Shown piece by piece: positions 7,769 to 15,532 of a stretch of DNA of 61,347 nucleotides. Location: assembly GCA_964646515.1 (NCBI GenBank), contig CAZYES010000002.1:1-61347 (forward strand). The letters run 5' to 3'. The notes beneath the pieces are model-generated. The model searched no databases. It saw only the letters and a program-made list of their open reading frames with translations, and was not told the DNA's origin. How positions within the stretch are numbered: the stretch's first letter is position 1; the number at the start of each line of letters is the position of its first letter. Source of the stretch: an uncultured Candidatus Saccharibacteria bacterium (GTDB taxonomy: Bacteria > Patescibacteriota > Minisyncoccia > Phycocordibacterales > PALSA-1337). The position numbers were made by a program, and so were the translations under genes.

Positions 7769-8119
7769 TTACTGTGGGTCCTTACCGACTTGAGCAAGCC
7801 ACAACTTAAATGGTTCAGCTTTCGGAGATGGAATAGATTGGATAATGCGTAAAATACCCCGCAAATCAGCACAGCTCATCTTCTGTCGACCTCCTTTTGT
7901 CATTATGTCAAGGGTATGTACAATTTGTATCCACCCTTGACTAAGTTGCTCGTCGCGTTCTCTCATCCTTTGAACGTACTGTTTTGCATCATTCGACTCA
8001 ATAAGCGCTAACACTATATCTTCCACTACAAAATACCACCGCTCTTTGTGCCATGCTCGACGAATTTCGTGCGATTCGAAAAGTGCAATTGATTTTGATT
8101 CCTGTTCCTTCTTTTCCAT
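7769..8119 (-). CDS. phage-type Bro-N/KilA-N-like DNA-binding domain protein, probably C-terminally short
   Basis: IRRAWHKERWYFVVEDIVLAL...RIIQSIPSPKAEPFKLWLAQVG resembles the N-terminal module of prophage antirepressor-like proteins. This family call comes from memory of the motif, not from a search. Confidence 0.45.
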   Translation of the reverse strand: MEKKEQESKSIALFESHEIRRAWHKERWYFVVEDIVLALIESNDAKQYVQRMRERDEQLSQGWIQIVHTLDIMTKGGRQKMSCADLRGILRIIQSIPSPKAEPFKLWLAQVGKDPQ

Positions 8120-8199
8120 GCCACAATTTTCTCACTCCCAAAAGAAAAAACAATATTGACTACTATAAATATCAGTGCGGTATCACGAATAAATTTCTG

Positions 8200-8373
8200 G
8201 TGCGCGGGAGAGGACTCGGCTTCGCCTCTCGGCCGACCAGTCGTCCTCGGGCTAGCCACCGGCTCGCGGCTCGGCTTGCTAGCCTCGCACGCTGCGCCGT
8301 TCTCGTCCCTCCTTGCGTCACAATGATGCTCCACTCGGAGGCATAACATGCCTCCTCGTGGATCATTGTGCGC
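8200..8373. repeat. left 174-bp direct repeat (19-nt tRNA-Leu 3'-end copy plus 149-nt GC-rich module X plus GTGCGC)
   Basis: Compared base by base with 13688-13861 and found identical, at an offset of 5488 bp. Confidence 0.95.
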
Positions 8374-8417
8374 CGTCTGGAACGTTATTAGAACGGAGTT
8401 AAGTCTCGCAAGTTCAC

Positions 8418-9725
8418 CTATCTGTTATAAATAGCTTTCTCTGATCGTGCTTCAACTTCCTTCTTATATTCTCTTCGTGGCTTTTTCTTTTCCGCATCCA
8501 TTGCAAGCACGAATTCACGCTTCTTATCGGGTGAAAACTTACTAATCGTGCCTACCATTTCTTGCATCTGCTCGGGAGAAAGTGGATCTATCAACTCAGA
8601 AAAAGCGAGAGCTTGTGCTGCTGTTCTCACATCACCAGCATCTAAAGCAGCCAAACCGACGCCTTTTAATACCCGAGTACTTTCCATCGGATAATCATGA
8701 AAATCTAAAGCCCTATTTATGGCACCTTCCTTTTTTCTGTAGTCAAATACATTATTGACCCTTTCAGTCAGACCACGAATGAGTTCGTCGGGTTTTTCAA
8801 TTTTTTGATTCTCTTGAGTGACGTTAAAGCCGCCATTTTTACCTTTTTGCCGAAGCCCCTGACCATCTTTCAAAGCCTCTCTGTCTCTCCTCATCAGGTC
8901 TGCGAGCTTGTTCGGATCGTTGAGCTCTGCTATCTGATTTTTAAGATATTCAATGCGACGAGATGTCTCACCTCTCTTATAGGTTAAATAATCTTCTTTT
9001 TGTTTTGGTGTCCTTATAGAATCATTGGTATACTCGCCACTTGTAATGATTAGTTCCTCATTTTTAAGGGCAATTTCTTCTCTATCAATAGTCACCTGTA
9101 GAACACCTTCAACTGACCTTTTGTACAAATCAGGGTTTCCTGAGATAACAGCATAAGCTTCTTTGCCAGTGTCAATATCTGACGTCGCGATAAGTTTTTC
9201 TGCGGCCTTATTCAGTTCTGCCATTTGTTTTTCGCGCTCAACCTTTTCCTTATCTATCGGTTTAATGACACCCCCTTCCATCGTAAAACCTTTTGATTTG
9301 AATTCTTCATGAAAACGAGAGTTTTCCGCGCCCAAGGCTTGAAATTCTGGAGTAGATGTCCATGCGTCTCCAAATTTCTTATGACCTTCTTCATATTTAG
9401 CTTTCAACTCCGCATGTTTTTGTTGCAATTCAGCCAATACTGGGTCTTCATTTTTTGGACCAGTTGTCTCGCTCTCAGCAAGACCTTGAATATCTGTTGA
9501 ACTGGCAGCAGTTGATTCAACTCTCACCTCCTCCTTGCTGTCAACTTTAATTTCCTCTTGAAGACCTTTAAGCAAATCTTCCATATTCGCCGGTGTTGCT
9601 TCACTAGTTGGTTCAAGTATTTCAGGAGACGAAGTATTCCTTTTGGCTTCGTCTTCTTGACGGGCTTTTTCTAATAATTGATCCAGGCTTGGAGTTGATG
9701 AACTTTGTGGATTTTCTATGCTCAT
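8418..9725 (-). CDS. hypothetical acidic coiled-coil protein (element cargo)
   Basis: The ORF track begins at a TTG (9761). The first ATG (9725) gives MSIENPQSS... No recognisable domain. Confidence 0.5.
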   Translation of the reverse strand: MSIENPQSSSTPSLDQLLEKARQEDEAKRNTSSPEILEPTSEATPANMEDLLKGLQEEIKVDSKEEVRVESTAASSTDIQGLAESETTGPKNEDPVLAELQQKHAELKAKYEEGHKKFGDAWTSTPEFQALGAENSRFHEEFKSKGFTMEGGVIKPIDKEKVEREKQMAELNKAAEKLIATSDIDTGKEAYAVISGNPDLYKRSVEGVLQVTIDREEIALKNEELIITSGEYTNDSIRTPKQKEDYLTYKRGETSRRIEYLKNQIAELNDPNKLADLMRRDREALKDGQGLRQKGKNGGFNVTQENQKIEKPDELIRGLTERVNNVFDYRKKEGAINRALDFHDYPMESTRVLKGVGLAALDAGDVRTAAQALAFSELIDPLSPEQMQEMVGTISKFSPDKKREFVLAMDAEKKKPRREYKKEVEARSEKAIYNR

Positions 9726-9831
9726 AGAATTTATGTTAAAAATTGATAATTGTTTGAACAAGATCGATATGATTTGACTGACATAATAATACCACGTCTT
9801 CCGATAAAAGTGGCAGTCGGTTTTTGATCTT

Positions 9832-10133
9832 CGCCCCGCCCGTATCGGCTTTGGAGGGTAGGCGGTGCGCGAGCCGCTTTTGAGATGAGAACGCGTCTAC
9901 TTCCGCCCGTCACCACGAAACCTATTCGCGCCTAGCTCCTGTTGGTGCTGCGTAGCGCACCCCTATTGCGATCAGCAATTGGGGAAATGCGCGAAGCAGT
10001 ACGAACAGGAGCGTAAGGCGCGCCACATACCCTCTTAGGGCGGAAGTGGGCGCGTTCGTACTCTCGCATGTCACACGCTCCCGAAAAAGCGGCCGCGCAC
10101 GGCCTGCCCGGAAAAGCCGTTTGGGGCGGGGCG
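9832..10133. other. ~300-nt GC-rich, multiply nested stem structure (candidate single-strand origin or structured RNA)
   Basis: Nested perfect helices: 9832-9841/10124-10133 (10 bp), 9846-9852/10113-10119 (7), 9900-9908/10038-10046 (9), 9927-9932/10017-10022 (6), 9935-9943/10004-10012 (9), plus two terminal hairpins at about 9944-9961 and 9960-9984. Line 10081-10140 is 72% G+C. Confidence 0.65.
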
Positions 10134-10174
10134 CCACAGACGCAATCAATATTCATTGGTGTTAAACTATATGA

Positions 10175-11017
10175 ATGGATCTCCTCATAGCTGAACTTAA
10201 CCACAAATATTCAGAATTTTTAACTGCCATCGAAAGACACAGCCTCTGTAGGACTTCCAGAGCTGTATATGAATACTTTGATCTTGTTCAAGGACAGAAA
10301 ACCATACAGAAAATACTGGAAACTGACAGGCAAGAAATTGCTACTCGTAAGGCCATTGTAAACTCTGGTACCAGTTCAACCCAGGATAGTCGAGACGAAA
10401 TCGTGAGACGAATCGAAAGGAATTCGCTCACATATAGCCATGATTTAATTTACAACAAAATGTATGCGCCCATGAAGGCATACAAGGAATCTACCGATCA
10501 CAATGATGAGAAGGTACTGACCGGCATGTCTTTATTGTTTCAAAACGAATCTATTTCTGGAAAACTGATGGGTACTTGGGATCAATTCAAATTATACTGC
10601 GCACTGGATGACTTAGTTATTTGGATGGAGAGAATCCACGCGACTCTCGTAAAAAAGTTGCTTGAAGTAGAGAAACCAGAACCTGTGATTGCTTTTGATG
10701 CGCCGAACAAAATTAAGATCGTTATTGATGACCGCAAAGGTATTTACCAGGCTGACAAAGAACAGAATGCTTATGGTATTGAGAGAGACAGCAACAGAAT
10801 GAAACTGATCGAGCACCTCATTTCAAAAGATAACTGTGGCATCGCAGAGTTAGAAGAAATTACGGGTCAAGCGAGAAACGTCACCATAAAATCAATAGCG
10901 AAAATTAACGAGCTATTTAGAGAATATTTACATCTTGTTGACGATCTGATTCTTAGCTTGAAGACAGGTGGCTATTCGCTCAACAAGGACGTTTTCGACA
11001 TTATCGTGAAGCCGTAA
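10175..11017 (+). CDS. hypothetical protein with a possible C-terminal winged-helix/HTH tail (element cargo)
   Basis: 280-aa ORF with an ATG start. The C-terminal CGIAELEEITGQARNVTIKSIAKINELF looks HTH-like. Followed by a terminator. Confidence 0.5.
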   Translation: MDLLIAELNHKYSEFLTAIERHSLCRTSRAVYEYFDLVQGQKTIQKILETDRQEIATRKAIVNSGTSSTQDSRDEIVRRIERNSLTYSHDLIYNKMYAPMKAYKESTDHNDEKVLTGMSLLFQNESISGKLMGTWDQFKLYCALDDLVIWMERIHATLVKKLLEVEKPEPVIAFDAPNKIKIVIDDRKGIYQADKEQNAYGIERDSNRMKLIEHLISKDNCGIAELEEITGQARNVTIKSIAKINELFREYLHLVDDLILSLKTGGYSLNKDVFDIIVKP

Positions 11018-11047
11018 CCTTTAGGTGTTGTTGGTAAGTCCAGCCTA

Positions 11048-11073
11048 GGCGTCTAAAATACGCCCTCTTTTTT
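11048..11073 (+). terminator. intrinsic terminator
   Basis: GGCGT ctaaaat ACGCC followed by CTCTTTTTT. Confidence 0.55.
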
Positions 11074-11122
11074 GCATGAAGGTCATCTAACGGTTCATAT
11101 TGAAAATTGCGACCATTATCTC

Positions 11123-11326
11123 ATGGCACACCAATTCAGCCATGAGCTAACACAACGAGCACAGACATACTTCGGGGAAAAATCCGGTCGAGATATTTCA
11201 CATGAAGAAGCCAATGAGTACATGAACAGTCTGGCTAGCTTGTACGAATCGTTTATGGAATTGGCGGTGGCCGGCGGGACTGCTTCCGATGCTTTAGCGC
11301 GGAGCAGTCCGCCGGCAGTGCTTTGA
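11123..11326 (+). CDS. hypothetical small protein (element cargo)
   Basis: The track ORF starts at TTG 11072. The in-frame ATG at 11123 gives MAHQFSHELTQRAQTYF... The 3' end overlaps the conserved-loop hairpin. Confidence 0.4.
   Translation: MAHQFSHELTQRAQTYFGEKSGRDISHEEANEYMNSLASLYESFMELAVAGGTASDALARSSPPAVL
11270..11316 (+). repeat. conserved-loop hairpin, copy b (loop ATGCTTTAGCG)
   Basis: GCCGGC-G-GGACTGC-T-TCCG [ATGCTTTAGCG] CGGA-GCAGTCC-GCCGGC, about 17 bp with two single-nt bulges. Confidence 0.6.
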
Positions 11327-11366
11327 TGACTTGCTAGAGACCTAACCTAAGACAATACAGAAAACA

Positions 11367-12191
11367 ATGGGCTACAACAAAATCGTCACCTACGGAAACA
11401 TAATTGAAACATTCACATATGCAAGAGATCCCAATATTCCTCCAAGAACACAAAGAAGACATTCGTGCCATGCTGGAATTCCTGGTGCTTCAGATGATGC
11501 TGGCTCTGTCGATGAACGAGAGGCTTTCGAAGGCAAGCGCAAGGACAACGCAGACCGCGCTTCAATGGTTTTTCGACAACTCGTCCTCGCTAACCTTACA
11601 GGAACTGAATATCCTCTACTCCTTACTGCGACGTACCGGGACAACCAAACGGACTTACGCCAAGGCTACAGAGATTTCGGCGCTTTCATCCAGGCTATGC
11701 GCTATCGATTTGGAAAAGAATGGCGGTATATTGCAGTCCCCGAATTTCAAAAACGTGGAGCTGTTCATTTCCACGCTCTCATCTGGGGATTACCCACAAG
11801 TGTGTTTGAAGAAGAGCGATCTACCCGATTGGTTGCGGGACTCTGGAAACATGGATTTGTTTACCTCAAAATGACCGATGGGAATGAAAAGCTATCGTCA
11901 TATCTGACCAAATACATGGCTAAATCATTTGTAGACAGAAGACTCATGAATCAGAAAGCATATGTCTGCTCAAGAAATCTGAAGCGGCCTCAAGTCGTTG
12001 GCCACATTTCAAAATTCAGCATTGATACTTACCTAGAAGAATGTGGTGTGACTGATCCGGAAATCGACAACTCATACGAAACGCGTTGGCTTGGAACAGC
12101 ACGCCACCGCATTTACAAGCTCTCCACAGAAAATCCACCGAAACAAAAATTGTCCGAAGAAAATATTGAGAGTACAATTCCGTTAACTTAA
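11367..12191 (+). CDS. HUH-superfamily rolling-circle replication initiator (Rep)
   Basis: Motif I LLLTATY, motif II (HUH) AVHFHALIWG and motif III YLTKYMAKS, with two Tyr spaced YxxKY, occur in the canonical order. Confidence 0.75.
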   Translation: MGYNKIVTYGNIIETFTYARDPNIPPRTQRRHSCHAGIPGASDDAGSVDEREAFEGKRKDNADRASMVFRQLVLANLTGTEYPLLLTATYRDNQTDLRQGYRDFGAFIQAMRYRFGKEWRYIAVPEFQKRGAVHFHALIWGLPTSVFEEERSTRLVAGLWKHGFVYLKMTDGNEKLSSYLTKYMAKSFVDRRLMNQKAYVCSRNLKRPQVVGHISKFSIDTYLEECGVTDPEIDNSYETRWLGTARHRIYKLSTENPPKQKLSEENIESTIPLT

Positions 12192-12233
12192 ATTATTTTT
12201 TATTCTCATTATCAACATAACCATATCAATCAC

Positions 12234-13814
12234 ATGAAATACATTTTGTACTGTAGAAAATCCACTGATACTGAAGACAAACAGGTGCTTTCCCTTGAAT
12301 CACAGGAGAAGGAGCTTACCGATCTCGCCAAAGACCGGAATCTTGAAATCGTCCAAATTCTCACTGAAAAGAAATCTGCCAAAGCTCCCGGCCGCCCTGT
12401 ATTTAACGAAATGATGACTGCCATTTCTGCCGGCAAAGCCGACGCTATTCTCTGCTGGAAAATTGATCGCCTGACGCGTAACCCCGTTGATGGAGGACAG
12501 ATCCAATGGCTACTTCAAAACGGCAATATCAAGTGTATCCAGACTTCAGAGAAAACATATTTGCCTAGCGACAATGTGTTGTTAATGAGCATTGAGCAAG
12601 CTATGGCTAACCAATACATTCGCGATTTGAGCACGAATGTAAAGCGTGGAAATAGAGCCAAACTTGAACACGGCGGCTGGCCTAATCATGCACCGTTTGG
12701 CTATCTTAACGACAAAGCTAGCAATTCAATCATCTTGGACAAGAAACATTCTAAGTATGTGCCACGCATATTTGATCTCTACATTACCGGCGCTTACAGC
12801 CTGCAACAGATTTCAGATATTCTCTTCAAAGAGGGTCTTCGCACCTGCTCCGGGGACAAGGTACGCAAGGGAAAGATTCATAAAGTCCTGTGCAATAAAT
12901 TCTATATCGGCCTCATGGAAAGAGACGGCAAAATCTATCAAGGCAATCACGAAACATTGATCTCAAAATCCACCTTCGACAAAGCCCAAGACATTCTCTG
13001 TGGCCGCATCCATTCACGAAAACGCAATCATTTCTATTCAGCCCGAGGATTCCTGCAATGCGCCTCCTGCGGCTGTAATTTAACCTGTGACACCAAGAAA
13101 GGATTCAAGTATTACTACTGCACCAACGGCAAGGGCAATTGTGAACAGCATAAAAAATACATGAGATCTGAATTCATTGATGAACTGCTGGCCAAAATGT
13201 TCCTTAATCTCAAATTCGACGAGCAACTCATTCAAATGTCCGCTGATGCTTACAAAGAATCCAACCAGAGCAAGATTGATTACACACAATCGGCTACTGA
13301 TGCCCTCACAAGCGAGCTACAAGCCCTCACAAAGAAAGAATCTGTCTTAACCGACGGATATGCTTCTGAAGTCATTAAACCTGATATGTACAAGCAGAAG
13401 ATGTTGGAAATTGAAAACAAGAGAGCCGAGCTACAAACACAGCTCACAGAAATTCAGTCAAAGGGACCAGTCACTCAAGTTACTTTCGAACAGATCAGGA
13501 ATATTTTTATGGACGGCAACAGGGCCTCGGAAAAGTATATGGCCTCCGGAGATGAAGCAAAACGAAATATGCTGTCAAAGCTACTTTCGAACGCAACCAT
13601 CAAAAATCGAGAAGTGGCGCAGTACCAATTCAAAAGCCCGTATCAGGTGCTCGCGGAAACACCCAAAAACATTGATTTTGAAAAATTGTGCGCGGGAGAG
13701 GACTCGGCTTCGCCTCTCGGCCGACCAGTCGTCCTCGGGCTAGCCACCGGCTCGCGGCTCGGCTTGCTAGCCTCGCACGCTGCGCCGTTCTCGTCCCTCC
13801 TTGCGTCACAATGA
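12234..13814 (+). CDS. large serine recombinase (integrase)
   Basis: N-terminal resolvase-type catalytic region YCRKSTDTEDKQVLSLESQ...ILCWKIDRLTRN; recombinase domain; zinc ribbon CASCGCNL...YYYCTNGKGNC; coiled-coil C-terminus. The last ~42 codons and the stop lie inside the right 174-bp repeat. Confidence 0.85.
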   Translation: MKYILYCRKSTDTEDKQVLSLESQEKELTDLAKDRNLEIVQILTEKKSAKAPGRPVFNEMMTAISAGKADAILCWKIDRLTRNPVDGGQIQWLLQNGNIKCIQTSEKTYLPSDNVLLMSIEQAMANQYIRDLSTNVKRGNRAKLEHGGWPNHAPFGYLNDKASNSIILDKKHSKYVPRIFDLYITGAYSLQQISDILFKEGLRTCSGDKVRKGKIHKVLCNKFYIGLMERDGKIYQGNHETLISKSTFDKAQDILCGRIHSRKRNHFYSARGFLQCASCGCNLTCDTKKGFKYYYCTNGKGNCEQHKKYMRSEFIDELLAKMFLNLKFDEQLIQMSADAYKESNQSKIDYTQSATDALTSELQALTKKESVLTDGYASEVIKPDMYKQKMLEIENKRAELQTQLTEIQSKGPVTQVTFEQIRNIFMDGNRASEKYMASGDEAKRNMLSKLLSNATIKNREVAQYQFKSPYQVLAETPKNIDFEKLCAGEDSASPLGRPVVLGLATGSRLGLLASHAAPFSSLLASQ

Positions 13815-13861
13815 TGCTCCACTCGGAGGCATAACATGCCTCCTCGTGGATCATTGTGCGC
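13688..13861. repeat. right 174-bp direct repeat, fused to the tRNA-Leu 3' end
   Basis: Identical to 8200-8373. Its last 6 nt are the first 6 nt (on the plus strand) of the genuine tRNA 3' end. Confidence 0.95.
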
Positions 13862-13940
13862 GGGAGAGGACTCGAACCTCCATGCCCTAATGGGCGCTAC
13901 CACCTCAAGGTAGTGCGTCTACCAATTTCGCCACCCGCGC
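13857..13940 (-). tRNA. tRNA-Leu (anticodon GAG), long variable arm
   Basis: The minus strand reads GCGCGGG TG GCG-AAATTGGTAGA-CGC A CTACC TTGAGGT GGTAG CGCCCATTAGGGCATG GAGG TTCGAGT CCTC T CCCGCGC A; 84 nt. Confidence 0.9.
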
Positions 13941-14011
13941 TTTATAAACCACAATATTCAAAAAACTATAAGATACTGGCTAACTATAACCAAAAAACAC
14001 TAGTTTTTCAA

Positions 14012-14036
14012 TTAAAAATGTCTGCCAAAAGCAGAC
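14012..14036 (-). terminator. intrinsic terminator downstream of rplS
   Basis: The minus strand reads GTCTGC TTTTG GCAGAC followed by ATTTTTAATT. Confidence 0.6.
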
Positions 14037-14064
14037 CTGACGATTCCTCAACTTGTCTCATAAA

Positions 14065-14493
14065 TTATCCCTCCACTTCCTCCTTGGCTACTTCTCCTGT
14101 AGCCACAGCCTCTGTGACCATTGCCTCCGGCACGTCCTTCATGGTCATAGTACGACGCATCTGATGGCGAATCTCCTTGGCAGCTTTGCGCCTAATAAAA
14201 TACAACTTGGCACGACGAACCTTGGCGCGACGAATGATATCTACATCATCAATCATCGGCGAGTACAAAGGGAAAGTACGCTCAACACCAACACCATCAA
14301 TAACTTTGCGTACGGTAAAAGTAGCTCCCGCTTCGCGACCGTGTTTGCACGAGATAACGATACCTTCGAATGCCTGCAAGCGGAACTTGCCTTTGTCTTC
14401 TTCTATTTTCTGCCAAACACACAGAGTATCACCAGCACGAATGCCGAGATTCCTACGTTCCTCTATATTCACGGTCGTTATTACCTTTACCAT
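14065..14493 (-). CDS. rplS: 50S ribosomal protein L19 with an acidic C-terminal extension
   Basis: GDTLCVWQKIEEDKGKFRLQAFEGIVISCKHGREAGATFTVRKV..GVGVERTFPLYSP is the L19 core. Confidence 0.9.
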   Translation of the reverse strand: MVKVITTVNIEERRNLGIRAGDTLCVWQKIEEDKGKFRLQAFEGIVISCKHGREAGATFTVRKVIDGVGVERTFPLYSPMIDDVDIIRRAKVRRAKLYFIRRKAAKEIRHQMRRTMTMKDVPEAMVTEAVATGEVAKEEVEG

Positions 14494-14560
14494 AGTGAAA
14501 ATACACTATCATAAGCAGTACAAATATTCAAGAAAACTAACCACAGACTAAAGCCTAGTC

Positions 14561-15373
14561 TCACTGTTTGAGTTGTTCTAAAGCATACTCGAAATCGGCT
14601 GGCAGGGGCGCTTCAACCGCAATGCGTTTACCTTTTGTCATATTCTCAAATTCAATAAAACACGAATGGAGCGCAAGCCTTTGGAAACCCAACACCATTG
14701 GTCTTTTTGGCGCATAGAGAATATCTCCAACAACCGGGTGATTCACGGCATTCAGATGAACACGTATCTGGTGCGTCCTCCCCGTCTTTGGCTGGACCTC
14801 AAGATAAGAAAACTTTTCCATTTTCATTTTCCCTCCAAATGTATCCCCAAGCTTTCCATGTTCATAAGAAGAGTAATCGGGTATATCAATTTTGCCACTT
14901 ACAATCTTGGTCCAATAAGTCTCGGCTTCCCTCAGTTCACCTCTCGCGCCCCTCTGTGCAGACCACTTGCGAAAATCATTTCCACTTCTGCCAATCGGTC
15001 TTATAATAGTGCCAAATTCTTCATCCATCTCTCCCCAAACAAAAGCCTTATATTTCTTCGTAATAGTTCTATCCTTGAATTGTTTCTTCAGATGAGCATG
15101 CCCGTTGGCTGTCTTCGCAATAATTAACGCCCCAGATGTCTCCCGATCTAGACGATGAACGATACCCGCCCGATTAACCGGTTTGCCACTAGCGTCAGTC
15201 ATCGGATCTCCAACATTCTCTGCCTCTGGAAAATTATTAACAATCCATTCAGTCAAGAACGGCCCTTTCGCCCTACCATCGGAATGCACCATGAGACCGG
15301 CTGGCTTGTTAACAACAACACAATCCGTATCTTCATATAAGATTTCTACTTCTATACTCTCTTTATTGCTCAT
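14561..15373 (-). CDS. rluD: RluA/RluD-family pseudouridine synthase
   Basis: HRLDRETSGALIIAK catalytic motif. The true start is taken as ATG 15373 (MSNKESIEVE), because the track ORF up to 15742 runs through tRNA-Val and the GC-rich module. Confidence 0.85.
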   Translation of the reverse strand: MSNKESIEVEILYEDTDCVVVNKPAGLMVHSDGRAKGPFLTEWIVNNFPEAENVGDPMTDASGKPVNRAGIVHRLDRETSGALIIAKTANGHAHLKKQFKDRTITKKYKAFVWGEMDEEFGTIIRPIGRSGNDFRKWSAQRGARGELREAETYWTKIVSGKIDIPDYSSYEHGKLGDTFGGKMKMEKFSYLEVQPKTGRTHQIRVHLNAVNHPVVGDILYAPKRPMVLGFQRLALHSCFIEFENMTKGKRIAVEAPLPADFEYALEQLKQ

Positions 15374-15459
15374 AGCATGAATATACGCTAATCTATGGCA
15401 AAGGTGAAGTGCCATTGAAATCTTCAATCCTTGCAACCAGTTGCCCACAAAATTAACAT

Positions 15460-15532
15460 GCGCGATTAGCTCAGTTGGTAGAGCAGTGCTTTTACACAGC
15501 AAAGGTCGGGGGTTCGAATCCCTCATCGCGCA
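15460..15532 (+). tRNA. tRNA-Val (anticodon TAC)
   Basis: GCGCGAT TA GCTC-AGTTGGTA-GAGC A GTGCT TTTACAC AGCAA AGGTC GGGGG TTCGAAT CCCTC ATCGCGC A. Confidence 0.9.

Larger units (their letters stand above)
8200..13861. mobile_element. integrated rolling-circle-Rep / serine-recombinase element at tRNA-Leu(GAG)
   Basis: Identical 174-bp direct repeats at both ends, each starting with a 19-nt copy of the tRNA-Leu 3' end. The cargo is richer in G+C than its neighbours and encodes a Rep and a recombinase. Confidence 0.8.

Noticed and set aside
8026-8366. ORFs 8026..8349(-), 8053..8346(+) and 8172..8366(-), and their twins at 13630..13903
   Set aside because: They lie in the GC-rich 174-bp repeat and are open in several frames on both strands simply because stop codons are rare in GC-rich sequence. 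The region is better explained as a structured att-linked module.
9922-10204. ORFs 9922..10149(-) and 9932..10204(-)
   Set aside because: They are Arg/Ala/Pro-rich translations of a region of about 70% G+C that forms seven nested helices. There is no start context and no motif. Treated as non-coding.
14053-14551. ORFs 14053..14514(+) and 14177..14551(+)
   Set aside because: Antisense to rplS, whose L19 identity is unambiguous.
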